64,000 nt of DNA. Origin: a bacterium. Its GTDB lineage: Bacteria; Patescibacteriota; Minisyncoccia; Phycocordibacterales; UBA12088. The notes under the pieces are model-generated. The model was not told where the DNA came from and did no database searches. It was given only the letters and a program-made list of their open reading frames with translations. Location: positions 9,632 to 73,631 of the forward strand of contig QKEV01000007.1 in assembly GCA_003252295.1 (NCBI GenBank). Reading direction: 5' to 3'. The translations under genes were made by a program, and so were the position numbers. This document shows, one piece after another, positions 10,577 through 20,723 of the stretch. Within the stretch, counting starts at the first letter, position 1. Each line of letters starts with the position of its first letter.

Positions 10577-12415
10577 TTACTCATCTGTATCCTGATCAAA
10601 CGTTACAACATTTGACGGTCGCAGAGGTGCATCCTGTGAAAAGCCGCGAAGGGCTCCTGAGTAGTACGCAAAGAGTTGTAGTGGAATATTCGCAAGTATT
10701 GGCGAGAAGCATTCTCTTGTGTCAGGGATAAAGATGACATCATCCGCGAAAGAGTATGCGTCCATGTTCCCTTCCGTGGTAATGGCAAGTATTGGTCCAC
10801 CTCGTTCTCGTATGAGTTCTACATCTTTACGCATAGCATCGTACACAGAATCACTCGGCATAATCGCTATCGTTGGAAATATCTCATTGAGCATAGCGAT
10901 TGGCCCATTCTTTACCTCTCCTGCAGGAAACGATTCCGCGTGTACGTAGGATACCTTTTTGAGCTTCAGTGCCCCTTCGTGCGCCGAGGCGATATTGTAC
11001 TTTCTGCCAATGAGAAGGAAGTCATCGTAACCAAGGTATTCTTCAGCTAGTTTCTTTATTTTTCTACGTTCTTTAAGTATGGTGCGAACCTTATCAGGCA
11101 GTTGCTTAATTTCAGCAATAAATTCAGCGCCACGAGCTTTACTGAGTCCACGTATTCGCGCAAGCTCCAATGTCATGAGAGCAAGTACCTCTATTTGACT
11201 AATGTACCCTTTTGTTGACCTTACACCTTGCTCAGGACCCGCATGGTTATACATACCTGTGTCTACCATTTTAGAAATAGTACTTCCTACGACATTTACG
11301 AGACCATACGTGCGTATACCAGCCTTTTTTGCAATTGCGAGAGAGTCAATGATGTCTGGGGTTTCTCCTGATTGGGAAAGTCCGAGAACAATGGTTCCAT
11401 CCTGTGCCTCCATAACCTTACGGTTTATAAATTCTGAACCATACACGACCTCAACAGGGATTTTGACGTAGTCCTCGAGCATGAGTTTGCCGATGAGCCC
11501 AGCATAGTATGATGAACCACATCCGACAATAATGAGACGCTTCAATTCACTTAGTTCTTTCATGTGTTCATCCAGTCCACCAAAACGCGCTGTTCCCTCC
11601 TGCATGATGACACGACCACGTGCGCTATTCTCAAGTACTCGAGGTAGTTCAAGAATGTCCTTCATCATATTGTGAGGTACATCTTTTCGCAAAGCAGTTT
11701 CTTTTGCTATATCTATAGTTTTTGGCTTGCGTGATAGCTTCTCGTGATCGAATGAGTATATGGTGTACCCTTGAGGGGTAACGATGGCGTACTCGCCGTC
11801 TCTCAGTTGTACGACATTACTGGTATGTCGGAGCATTGGTGCGGTTTCAGAAGCGATGATGTATTCACCATCTTTGATACCTATCGACATTTTGTTGCCC
11901 ATGCTTGCAATAACAATAGTGTCAGGCAGATTGCTAAACATGACCGCCAAGCCATAGGTGCCAACTACTTTCTCAAGTGCCTTTGCAACTGCATTGTGTG
12001 GTTTTAGACATTTTTCATACTCATCAGCAATAAGGTGTGCGAGTATCTCAGAATCAGTTTCAGATGTAAATATGTGACCTTTTTCTTGAAGCTCTTGTCG
12101 TAGCTCATCATGGTTTTCGATCATGCCGTTATGAACGATCCAGACATTTTTGTTAGTGTCAGTGAGAGGGTGTGTGTTTTCAAGACTTGGTACACCATGT
12201 GTTGCCCAACGAATATGTGCTATTCCTGCAGTACTTACGAGGTTGTCAGGTAGTATATCGACAAGACCTTCAACTTTGCCGACATTTTTATATGGACCAC
12301 TCAAAGGAAGGTATATACCAACAGAATCATACCCTTTGTACTCAACTGAACGTAATCCATCAAGGAGAATTGGAATTGCGGGTTTATACCCTGTGTAACC
12401 TACGATTGCACACAT
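10577..12415 (-). CDS. glmS: GlmS homolog with degenerate isomerase active site
   Basis: MCAIVG start, HIRWATHG, HNG, TDSE, SQSGET, two SIS domains; see finding for substitutions. Confidence 0.85.
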   Translation of the reverse strand: MCAIVGYTGYKPAIPILLDGLRSVEYKGYDSVGIYLPLSGPYKNVGKVEGLVDILPDNLVSTAGIAHIRWATHGVPSLENTHPLTDTNKNVWIVHNGMIENHDELRQELQEKGHIFTSETDSEILAHLIADEYEKCLKPHNAVAKALEKVVGTYGLAVMFSNLPDTIVIASMGNKMSIGIKDGEYIIASETAPMLRHTSNVVQLRDGEYAIVTPQGYTIYSFDHEKLSRKPKTIDIAKETALRKDVPHNMMKDILELPRVLENSARGRVIMQEGTARFGGLDEHMKELSELKRLIIVGCGSSYYAGLIGKLMLEDYVKIPVEVVYGSEFINRKVMEAQDGTIVLGLSQSGETPDIIDSLAIAKKAGIRTYGLVNVVGSTISKMVDTGMYNHAGPEQGVRSTKGYISQIEVLALMTLELARIRGLSKARGAEFIAEIKQLPDKVRTILKERRKIKKLAEEYLGYDDFLLIGRKYNIASAHEGALKLKKVSYVHAESFPAGEVKNGPIAMLNEIFPTIAIMPSDSVYDAMRKDVELIRERGGPILAITTEGNMDAYSFADDVIFIPDTRECFSPILANIPLQLFAYYSGALRGFSQDAPLRPSNVVTFDQDTDE

Positions 12416-12501
12416 ATGTTTAATTTTCAGGTATAGTACCAGTTTTTTTCTTTGACAGAAATAAGGAAATAATGCAAAAAGGCCGCACTAAGGCGGTCTT
12501 C

Positions 12502-12816
12502 TTACTTGATTTTTTTAACAGAAACTTTTGAAAAAGCTTGTCGATGACCCATACGGCGCTTGTAACGACTCTTTGACTTGAACTTCTGAATGTAAAGCTT
12601 CTTACCCTTACCTGTTTCAACAAGATCAACTTCAACAGTTGCTCCAGAGATGTATGGTGTCCCTATTTTGGTAGTTTTACCATCATCTATAAGTAAAACC
12701 TTATCAAAAGTAACAGTATCGCCATCTTTATGATCTTTAAGTTTTTCAACTGAAAAGACATCACCTTCAGCGATCTTGTACTGTTTTCCTCCTGTTTCAA
12801 TTATTGCGAATGCCAT
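12502..12816 (-). CDS. rplU: 50S ribosomal protein L21
   Basis: FAIIETGGKQYK and GHRQ motifs. Confidence 0.97.
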   Translation of the reverse strand: MAFAIIETGGKQYKIAEGDVFSVEKLKDHKDGDTVTFDKVLLIDDGKTTKIGTPYISGATVEVDLVETGKGKKLYIQKFKSKSRYKRRMGHRQAFSKVSVKKIK

Positions 12817-12857
12817 AACGGAAACAAGTATGCACTAAAAACAAGATTTTAGCAAGG

Positions 12858-13003
12858 AAAAAAAGAACCCCAGTGCCTGTGTTCTGGGGTTCAAAAGAAT
12901 GCATCATCTGCGGAGGTTATGTTTAGATGAGGTGGAAAACAATGAAGTTGTTAAGACAGTTACAGGCATTGGCAAAGGTGTACAGTGCTCCACAGGTGAT
13001 TCT
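12858..13003 (-). ncRNA. Putative small transcript 1 (sRNA, rplU leader or 21-aa ORF 12904-12969)
   Basis: TTGACA (13038-13033), 17 nt, TTTAAT (13015-13010) with extended TG; terminator stem 12865-12892 plus U7. Confidence 0.4.
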
Positions 13004-13061
13004 GAGGTAATTAAAGCAGTAAGAAATAGTATTGTCAATCAAATTAGGTTGGTAAAAAACA

Positions 13062-13276
13062 TATAACAAAACCGACCATTGTGCTCATATGGTCGGTTAA
13101 TAGGTTTCAGCTTTTTGTCATGCTGATACATGACTGCGGCCACATGTGTGGTGAGTGCTGCGGAGGTGTGATACGGGTGGTTTTCAAGTTCAGCAATTTC
13201 CAAGTTTTGAGCACAAGTGTACCTCCTTCCTCATACCGCTTTTTCCTTTACTACACAAACAGGAACGCCAGTTCCA
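13062..13276 (-). ncRNA. Putative small transcript 2 (sRNA or 35-aa ORF 13107-13214)
   Basis: TTGACA (13310-13305), 16 nt, TATACC (13288-13283); SD AAGGAGGT 6 nt before GTG; terminator stem 13070-13098. Confidence 0.4.
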
Positions 13277-13306
13277 CTATTAGGTATAACACTAGCAGAA
13301 TGATTG

Positions 13307-14356
13307 TCAATCGTCTTCTTTTTGTGGTTTTTCAAGTGAAAGTTTTTCAATCTCAGGAGAGGTTCCAGTAATACGCAAAACATCTTTGTCAATTTTACCG
13401 AGTTCACGTCCACCAGCGTTGTAGTGATTTACAACAGTGCCAAGGGTAGTTCCTAGTTTTAGGTAGTACTCATTGTAAGCGTTCATGTGGCGTCCAAGTT
13501 CTTCTACGCGTTTACGTATCTCTTTTGCACTTTCTTCTATCTCAAGAGCACGTAGTCCCTGTAGGACCGTTTGTAGGTACGCTAGGAAACTTGTTGGAGA
13601 GACAATGATAACTTTTTTATCTTTAAAAGCGTACTCAATGAGATCACGAGAATTTATGGTGCCGACACTACCGACAAGAAGGTCATAGTAAATACCTTCC
13701 GATGGAATGAACATGAAGGCAAAATCCATAGTGTTTTCAGTTGGACGAATATACTTACTCGTCTCGTCGATACGGTTCTTGAGATCCTGTTTGAACACCT
13801 TCTGTAATTTTTCTTTTTCTTGTGGATCGTCAGTTTCAATGAGTCGATTATAGTTCTCAAGTGAGAACTTTGAATCAATAGGAAGTATTTTTTCTTTTTC
13901 CAGATGTATGACAGCATCTACTATCTCACCATCGGAAAAACCGTATTGCATGGTGTAGCGGTCAGGGGGAAGCACATTCTTGAGTACTGATTCAAGATAG
14001 TACTCACCAAGTACACCACGTTGCTTAGGGTTTTTAAGGATGTTCTGGAGGTTCTGTAGTTCGTCTGCGTACGATATGACCTGCTTGTTGGTCTCATCAA
14101 GTTTTGTGAGACCAGTTGTTACCTCTCGTATAAGCTTTGATGATTCTGAGAGCTGGTTTTGTATTGAACTTTGTACCTGTTTTGAGTTTTCGTTGAGACG
14201 AGTATCAAGAGTTCGTGTTATTTCTTGAAGTTGCTGCTGTAGCATGAGTGCCTCGTTTCCATTGGTATTGTTTTTTGGTTGCTTCAATGTAAACCAAATA
14301 AGTACACCATTTATGATAAGGAGTACTAGTAATGCAATTCCTAAGTATAGTTCCAT
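13307..14356 (-). CDS. rmuC: DNA recombination protein RmuC
   Basis: N-terminal TM, KQRGVLGE, PIDSKF, FAFMFIPSEG, IVSPTS. Confidence 0.92.
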   Translation of the reverse strand: MELYLGIALLVLLIINGVLIWFTLKQPKNNTNGNEALMLQQQLQEITRTLDTRLNENSKQVQSSIQNQLSESSKLIREVTTGLTKLDETNKQVISYADELQNLQNILKNPKQRGVLGEYYLESVLKNVLPPDRYTMQYGFSDGEIVDAVIHLEKEKILPIDSKFSLENYNRLIETDDPQEKEKLQKVFKQDLKNRIDETSKYIRPTENTMDFAFMFIPSEGIYYDLLVGSVGTINSRDLIEYAFKDKKVIIVSPTSFLAYLQTVLQGLRALEIEESAKEIRKRVEELGRHMNAYNEYYLKLGTTLGTVVNHYNAGGRELGKIDKDVLRITGTSPEIEKLSLEKPQKEDD

Positions 14357-14392
14357 AGTTAGTATAGTAATCTACACCCCTAAAGGTGCAAG

Positions 14393-17110
14393 TTATGAAA
14401 GTAGTGTTTTCTTTTGTGCACGTATGAAGTCACGTTCAAAAAAGAAAAACTTTATGATTTCGATAGTTAATAGGTTTGCCACTCCAACCCCAATGAGTAG
14501 GGTTATCTCACCACTTGTAAGCGCTGTGGTCGAGAGAAGTATCATGAGTGGACTCCAGGTAAGGGCGAGTATGAGAAGGATGATGCTAACAACAAGCGCT
14601 GAAAGAAGGTATTTGTTTGAAAAGATGTTTATTTTCCAGATAGGTGTATCGAACGACTTGAGCGAGAAGCTGAAGAAGATTGCATCGAGTGAAAGACAGG
14701 CAAACATAATGGTGCGAAGCTCATCTTCAGGGATGTTGGTCTGTATGAGCCATAGGTAAATGCCAACAAGGAGAATGCCAGTTACCACAGAGACAAGAAT
14801 TATGAGCCTACGTAGCTTTGGTGTCAGGATACTCTTTGCACGTGCACTTCGTGGGTCACGCTTCATAGCATGAGGATCATGCCCTTCAAAAGCAAAGGAG
14901 AAACTCATGAGACCTTCTTCGACAATGTTTGCCCAGAGTATCTGTGCAGGCACGAGAGGGATAGGTCCGCCAACAATGAGTGCTCCACCAATAACAAATA
15001 TCTCACTAAATGATGTTGATAGAAGATATGCAACGATCTTTTTTAGGTTATCAATGATACGTCGTCCTTCTTCAATAGCAGCAACGATAATAGAAAAACT
15101 ATTATCAATGAGTACCAGATCGCTTGCCTCCTTTGCTACTTCTGTACCAGAACCCACTGAAACACCGATGCTTGCTGCACGAAGAGCTGGTGCATCATTG
15201 ATACCATCTCCTGTCATAGCTACTACTTCCCCATTATTCTTGAGCACCTGTGCTATACGAAGTTTATGTGCAGGTGTGGCTCGTGCTATGACACGAACTG
15301 TTTGCAGTTTTGTGTACAGTTCATTGTTGTTCAACTCCTCTATTTCATTGCCCCGAATAACAAGTGCATCACCTGGTTGTGTAATGTGTACCTGCTCTGC
15401 TATGTAGCTTGCTGTTTCTGGGTTATCACCGGTGAGCATGATGACATGGGCACCAGCGTTTTTTACACTCTCTATCGCAACTGAAACATCACTACGTACA
15501 GGGTCTTCAAAAGCAAGAAAACCAGCAAAAATAATACCCTTAAGCAGTTCAGGTGTTTCTGAGTCTGACTCTGGTATTTCATCAATACTTGCATCACGAT
15601 AGGTAATGCAGATGAGTCGCTTGCCTTGCTTTGTGTTTTCTTCAAGTGTCGCTAAAAGTTTCTTTTTTTCTGAAGCTGTTGCTTTTACCCGTTTACCATC
15701 AATACGCACAAATTGTGCGGCGTTCAAAAGTTTTTCAGGTTCGCCACTTACGATGAGGCGATTAGTTTTCTTTTTTGGGTTTTTGTGAAGTGAGGCCCCG
15801 AAGCGACGAGTTGAGGTAAACTGAAGATAATCAAGACGTGCACACTCCTCAAGAAGTTGCTCTTGCGTAACACCAGCCTCAAGGCCTGACATGACGACCG
15901 CTTTCTCAATAGGCCTGCCGTGTACGGTGAGTTTGCCAGGAGCATCTTCAGCTTCTTCGATGAACGCATCACTCATGAGTACAGCGAGCTCTAAGAGGAA
16001 CTTGTTGTCATCAAGTGGAACAATCTTTTTGTCACGAATACCTGAGAAGCTGTAGAGTCCTGTAAGCTTCATCTTTGCCTCGGTAAGCGTACCAGTCTTG
16101 TCGGTGAGGATCACCGTTGTTGCCCCAAGTGTTTCTGCTGCAAGTAGGTTTCGAACGAGTCCACCTCGTTTCAGTATGGCCTCCATTCCTATCGCAAGCA
16201 CAACGGTCACTGCCGCAGGAAGACCTGATGGTATTGTGGCAACAGCAACAGCTATAGCAATAAGTATTATATCAATAAGATCAACACCTCTCACAACACC
16301 GAGGAGCGCTATGATGAGAATAGTTGCTGCTACTACATATGAGAGAAAATGTGCCACCTTCTGGATGTTTTTCTGGAGTGGTGTTACCTGCTCTTCTATA
16401 GAGCCAAGTGAGAGTGCTATTTTACCTATTTCCGTACTGCTGCCAGTTGCAACTACGAGACCTTTTCCGTATCCGGACTCAATGAGTGTCCCCATCCATG
16501 CCATGTTGTGACGTTCTGCCAGTGGTGCATCTAGTTCAGCTATTTTTTCTGAAGATTTTGCAACTGCAAGCCATTCACCAGTGAGGGCAGCCTCGTTTAT
16601 TTTTAGGTCTTTTTCTTCAATGATGCGAATATCAGCTGGTACAAAGTATCCTCCTTGCAAGATGAGTACGTCACCCGGAACGAGGTTTTCAGCAAGAATG
16701 TTTTGCTGTTTTCCTTCACGAACAACAAGTGCATGACGTTCTTGGCTTGCGTTCAATTTTTCAAACGCTTTGTTTGCACGCTCTTCTTGTAGTGTTCCAA
16801 TAATGACGTTTATGAGTACCGCTAAAAAGATGACGAGTGAATCAATGTATGAGTCTATGTACTCAAGTTTGTAGAGAAGCAGTGTGATAATACCTGCACA
16901 CAAGAGAATAAGAACCAGAGAGCTCTTGAATTGGTTGAGTACCTTGTCAGTCAGTGTTGTTTCTTTTCCTCCAACAAGGGTATTTTTTTCGTATAAGGTG
17001 CTCCTACGCTCAACCTCATCGTGCGTGAGACCAGTTTCAAAATTTGAGGCAAGAAGTCTTCGTACTTCGTCGACAGACATGCCTTCCCATGCTTTATGTG
17101 AAGGATCCAT
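14393..17110 (-). CDS. Type II-like cation-transporting P-type ATPase
   Basis: DKTGTLT, MLTGD, MTGDGINDAPAL, 10-TM layout; PSGL and TGEW variants. Confidence 0.9.
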   Translation of the reverse strand: MDPSHKAWEGMSVDEVRRLLASNFETGLTHDEVERRSTLYEKNTLVGGKETTLTDKVLNQFKSSLVLILLCAGIITLLLYKLEYIDSYIDSLVIFLAVLINVIIGTLQEERANKAFEKLNASQERHALVVREGKQQNILAENLVPGDVLILQGGYFVPADIRIIEEKDLKINEAALTGEWLAVAKSSEKIAELDAPLAERHNMAWMGTLIESGYGKGLVVATGSSTEIGKIALSLGSIEEQVTPLQKNIQKVAHFLSYVVAATILIIALLGVVRGVDLIDIILIAIAVAVATIPSGLPAAVTVVLAIGMEAILKRGGLVRNLLAAETLGATTVILTDKTGTLTEAKMKLTGLYSFSGIRDKKIVPLDDNKFLLELAVLMSDAFIEEAEDAPGKLTVHGRPIEKAVVMSGLEAGVTQEQLLEECARLDYLQFTSTRRFGASLHKNPKKKTNRLIVSGEPEKLLNAAQFVRIDGKRVKATASEKKKLLATLEENTKQGKRLICITYRDASIDEIPESDSETPELLKGIIFAGFLAFEDPVRSDVSVAIESVKNAGAHVIMLTGDNPETASYIAEQVHITQPGDALVIRGNEIEELNNNELYTKLQTVRVIARATPAHKLRIAQVLKNNGEVVAMTGDGINDAPALRAASIGVSVGSGTEVAKEASDLVLIDNSFSIIVAAIEEGRRIIDNLKKIVAYLLSTSFSEIFVIGGALIVGGPIPLVPAQILWANIVEEGLMSFSFAFEGHDPHAMKRDPRSARAKSILTPKLRRLIILVSVVTGILLVGIYLWLIQTNIPEDELRTIMFACLSLDAIFFSFSLKSFDTPIWKINIFSNKYLLSALVVSIILLILALTWSPLMILLSTTALTSGEITLLIGVGVANLLTIEIIKFFFFERDFIRAQKKTLLS

Positions 17111-17226
17111 TCTTAAAGTATACTTTGAGCACGTTCTCTTCTAAAGTCTAAAGCGTAAAAACCTGTGAATTGTAAACACGTTTCGTTTGTATTTTTTTTG
17201 AGCATGGTATAATTCACAAATAAAAT

Positions 17227-17682
17227 ATGTCATTGCAAAAGAAAATAAAAGAAGACATGGTAGCAGCGATGAAGGCAAAAGATGAGGTTGGTCTACGCTC
17301 ACTTCGCATGCTTGTCTCACTCTTTACTCAGGAGCTCACTGCGACCAAGAGGACACCTCAAGATGAACTAACCGACGATGAGGTGCTCGGACTCATTAAG
17401 CGTTCATTGAAGCAGCGGCGTGAGGCTGCTGCGCAGTTTCGTGATGGTAAACGTGAGGATTTAGCAGCAAAAGAGGAAGAAGAAGCTGTTATTTTTGAAG
17501 CATACCTACCTGCTCAGCTTGATGAGGCAGCAATTATGGCAACGGTCCAGAAAAAGATGGATGAGCTCGATGTTCATGATAAGTCAGGTATGGGCAAACT
17601 TATGGGTGCGGTGATGGGAGAGTTGAAAGGTCAGGCAGATGGTGCGATAGTAAAGGAAGTCATTGAGAAACTTTTAGTATAA
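17227..17682 (+). CDS. GatB/YqeY domain protein
   Basis: AMKAKD, KQRREA, YLPAQL, MGKLMGAVMGELKGQADG. Confidence 0.9.
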   Translation: MSLQKKIKEDMVAAMKAKDEVGLRSLRMLVSLFTQELTATKRTPQDELTDDEVLGLIKRSLKQRREAAAQFRDGKREDLAAKEEEEAVIFEAYLPAQLDEAAIMATVQKKMDELDVHDKSGMGKLMGAVMGELKGQADGAIVKEVIEKLLV

Positions 17683-17686
17683 ATAT

Positions 17687-18091
17687 ATGCCAGAAGGAGT
17701 ACCAAAAATGAATACACAGGAATCTAGCGAAAAAACCGTAGATAGGGATTCTGATCAATGGAAGAAAATTCAACGTGATACCAAGTCTTACTTTGGAAAG
17801 AATCAGCATGTGCTTGAGGAAGAGTACAAAGAAGAATTGAGAGCGGGAGATGTCACCTTTGATGAACTCCTTGAAAAGGAATCTGCAAGCATGGCAGACG
17901 CACTATTGGCAATGAAAAAACGTCAGCAAATGTTAGAAAAAAAGGACGCTTTTCCAACTAGTATTGATGATGAGGCGAAAAAAGAACTGCGTAGACAGGC
18001 AGCTCAAGGTGGTCTCGGTGCTGAGTCAGCAAAGAGGGTACTTGGGATGTTTGAGCAACAAGAGAAAGGCAAGAAGAGACGTGATAACTAG
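17687..18091 (+). CDS. Hypothetical charged helical protein
   Basis: 134-aa ORF 4 nt after the yqeY-like gene, overlapping the truB stop. Confidence 0.6.
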   Translation: MPEGVPKMNTQESSEKTVDRDSDQWKKIQRDTKSYFGKNQHVLEEEYKEELRAGDVTFDELLEKESASMADALLAMKKRQQMLEKKDAFPTSIDDEAKKELRRQAAQGGLGAESAKRVLGMFEQQEKGKKRRDN

Positions 18092-18759
18092 TTCCTGAAA
18101 TTCAACTGTTCTATCTGTATAGCTTGTTCTAGACTAAACTCACCAACCTGTGTCCTGCACAGGTTGTTTAGTCTTGCAGGGTAGCCAAGGCGTTTGCCGA
18201 GTTCCTCTCCTAGTGAACGCACGTAGGTGCCAGATCCAACAGTAAACTCTATAGTGCAGTAGCAGCAACCATTCTTGTACTTGGGTGTATCGAGGAGTAC
18301 TGCTTTGTGTACCTCCATATCCCGCATGGGAGCGGTTACCTGCTCACCTCTACGTACTTTTTTATACAATGGCTCTCCACCACGCTTCATGGCACTGTAG
18401 AGTGATACAGGAAGGCGCAGTACACCATGTATGGTTGTAAGCACCTTCTCAATGTTTCCCCGTGTTACCTTTGAAGCATCTTTTTTTTCTACAATGGGTC
18501 CTTCAGCATCACCTGTGGTACTTTTCTCACCAATACATATTTCAGCAATATATACCTTGTCAGCGCCAATGTAGTGCTTGAGGAGCTTAGTTCCCTCACC
18601 CACACCAACAACCATGAGTCCGCTTGCGAGCGGGTCGAGTGTACCAGCATGACCAACTTTTCGCTCATGCATTCTTTTACGTACTTGCTGGACAAGTGTA
18701 AATGAGGTAATTTCCTTCGGTTTATGTAAGAGTAGTATTCCCTTTGGAGGTTCTTGCAT
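18088..18759 (-). CDS. truB: tRNA pseudouridine(55) synthase
   Basis: KVGHAGTLDPLASG, YSAMK, GSGTYVRSL. Confidence 0.95.
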   Translation of the reverse strand: MQEPPKGILLLHKPKEITSFTLVQQVRKRMHERKVGHAGTLDPLASGLMVVGVGEGTKLLKHYIGADKVYIAEICIGEKSTTGDAEGPIVEKKDASKVTRGNIEKVLTTIHGVLRLPVSLYSAMKRGGEPLYKKVRRGEQVTAPMRDMEVHKAVLLDTPKYKNGCCYCTIEFTVGSGTYVRSLGEELGKRLGYPARLNNLCRTQVGEFSLEQAIQIEQLNFRN

Positions 18760-18761
18760 GC

Positions 18762-19751
18762 CTACACATTACAGCAACTTGCAAAGATTTTCATCATGAA
18801 AAAGAAGTAAAGCATGAAGAACATGAGCCCTTCCCAACGGTAGAGTTTTCGTGCCAAACCCACAACAAGGAGTATTACTGAGGATGCGAGCAGTACCGGA
18901 TAACCAACAGTGAAGGTAACGGTATCGAGTGGTAGTGTTGCAAAGAGTCCAGGAATACCAACCGCAACGAGTATATTAAAGGCATTTGAGCCAAAAATAT
19001 TTCCTATTGCTATAGAAAGTTTGTTGGCACGGAGTGACTTGATGGATACCACAAGTTCAGGTAGTGAGGTACCAAGTGCTAACGCTGAAATAGTAATAAC
19101 GTCAGGTGCTATTGAGAGGAGTGTAGCTCCTTCGATAATGGTATCAACAACATACTTTGCACCAAGGATGAGACCCGCTAGGCCAATAATGAGGAGTAGG
19201 TATGGTTTGAGTACTGAGTAATGGTGAACTAATTGTAAAAAACCGTGACGTTCTTGTTGAATCTCTTCTTTTGCTGCTTCCACAACAATACCGCTCGAAT
19301 ACTCCTCTGAAAAAAGGTAGTAGAAGTAAATACAGAGCGTACCTACCAAGAGTACTGCTTCAGAAGCATGTATAGCACCATCGCGTACAGCAACCACAAA
19401 GAGTGCGCTTGATATGACAAAAAATGGTAACTCAGCACTCAAAAGATCTTTGTCGATAGTAAGTGAGCGACCAATAAATGCGAGCATACCGCCAATAAGT
19501 AGTATGTTTGCTATGTTTGAACCGATAGCGTTAGCAATGACCATACTTGGCTCATTTGCGAGCACTGCAAGAAGTGACGAGGTGAGTTCGGGTAGTGAGG
19601 TGCCAAAACCAACAATAACAACACCAATAGCAAAAGAAGAAAAGCCAAGTTGAAGACCAATGAGTTCTGCATTCTTAAGAAAAAGCTCCGCACCAACAAT
19701 CATGACTGCAGTTGCACAAGCAAATATAACTACCCATAGGAGTATTTCCAT
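18762..19751 (-). CDS. Calcium/sodium antiporter (CaCA, YrbG-like)
   Basis: Duplicated GTSLPE...GSN alpha repeats. Confidence 0.92.
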   Translation of the reverse strand: MEILLWVVIFACATAVMIVGAELFLKNAELIGLQLGFSSFAIGVVIVGFGTSLPELTSSLLAVLANEPSMVIANAIGSNIANILLIGGMLAFIGRSLTIDKDLLSAELPFFVISSALFVVAVRDGAIHASEAVLLVGTLCIYFYYLFSEEYSSGIVVEAAKEEIQQERHGFLQLVHHYSVLKPYLLLIIGLAGLILGAKYVVDTIIEGATLLSIAPDVITISALALGTSLPELVVSIKSLRANKLSIAIGNIFGSNAFNILVAVGIPGLFATLPLDTVTFTVGYPVLLASSVILLVVGLARKLYRWEGLMFFMLYFFFMMKIFASCCNV

Positions 19752-19858
19752 GCACCTATGCTACCGCAATGTGGGTGTATTCGCTATTGAGTAATACTCA
19801 GGTAACATGAAAGTGATATACTCAAACACAGAACGAGTACTTTTTTATGGGGTGAGAT

Positions 19859-20101
19859 ATGGGTACTGAAGCCGTTTTTGTTACATTAGCAGTATTATTT
19901 GTACTGTATGTGCTTGCTGCAATATTTATTGCGAGCAGTGGCATTAAAGTAGGTGTATGCTTGGCACTCTTTATTAACATGGCTTTTGGAGCATATGCTT
20001 TGACAGTAGCATATCAGGTTTCTTTACCAAGATTTGCCACTATAGTGTGCTGTATTGCAATAGTTTGCATCTTACTTCTTGTGCTAGTAGGAAAGCGTTA
20101 A
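19859..20101 (+). CDS. Hypothetical three-TM protein
   Basis: 80 aa hydrophobic; own extended -10 (TATACT 19817-19822), SD and hairpin at about 20110-20140. Confidence 0.6.
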   Translation: MGTEAVFVTLAVLFVLYVLAAIFIASSGIKVGVCLALFINMAFGAYALTVAYQVSLPRFATIVCCIAIVCILLLVLVGKR

Positions 20102-20168
20102 AACAAACAAACAGACATGTCCCGTGTGGTCATGTCTGTTTTATGTTTTACGTTATATTCTGTAAGTG

Positions 20169-20648
20169 CTAGTTTGTTACCCATTCACCAAGGCCATTTG
20201 CCTCACAAGCCATTTGTGCGTACTTGATGGATTGATCATCAATCTCATTTTCAGCGTTTGGGTACATGAAAGATATCATTTCAACATTTGTACCTGCGCC
20301 GGTTCTACAGCCACCATAAGGACTTGTTGGGCATGGATCACCTGTAAAAACTCCTGTATCTGCACATGCCATTGCACCCATGTTGCCGTCTAGATATGCA
20401 GAACCCACAAGTTCGATACATACACCGTCTGTTGCAACTGCGTTACAACTGCCTGCATAGTTACCGGTAGCTTTATTCTGTTCGGTATCCTCTTCCTGTA
20501 TCGTATTTTCTAAACTTTTAACTTCGTCATCAATCGCATAACTATCAATAGCAGGTTCATCAGGTGTATTACCTGTCCTCATGAAGAGGTAACCCATTGA
20601 TCCTGCGCCAACAATAATTGCTGTTAAAAATAAATATTTCCACCACAT
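20169..20648 (-). CDS. Membrane-anchored Cys-rich protein
   Basis: N-terminal TM, acidic linker, six Cys in the C-terminal domain. Confidence 0.7.
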   Translation of the reverse strand: MWWKYLFLTAIIVGAGSMGYLFMRTGNTPDEPAIDSYAIDDEVKSLENTIQEEDTEQNKATGNYAGSCNAVATDGVCIELVGSAYLDGNMGAMACADTGVFTGDPCPTSPYGGCRTGAGTNVEMISFMYPNAENEIDDQSIKYAQMACEANGLGEWVTN

Positions 20649-20723
20649 AGCTTATTTTTATTATTAAAATAATTAACTTTAGTATAACAAAAACCCCAGT
20701 TTGCATCCTGAGGTTTTTGTTGC

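Noticed and set aside
12416-12500. glmS ribozyme upstream of the glmS homolog
   Set aside because: Only about 85 nt, largely taken by the rplU terminator and a -10 box; no ribozyme core visible.
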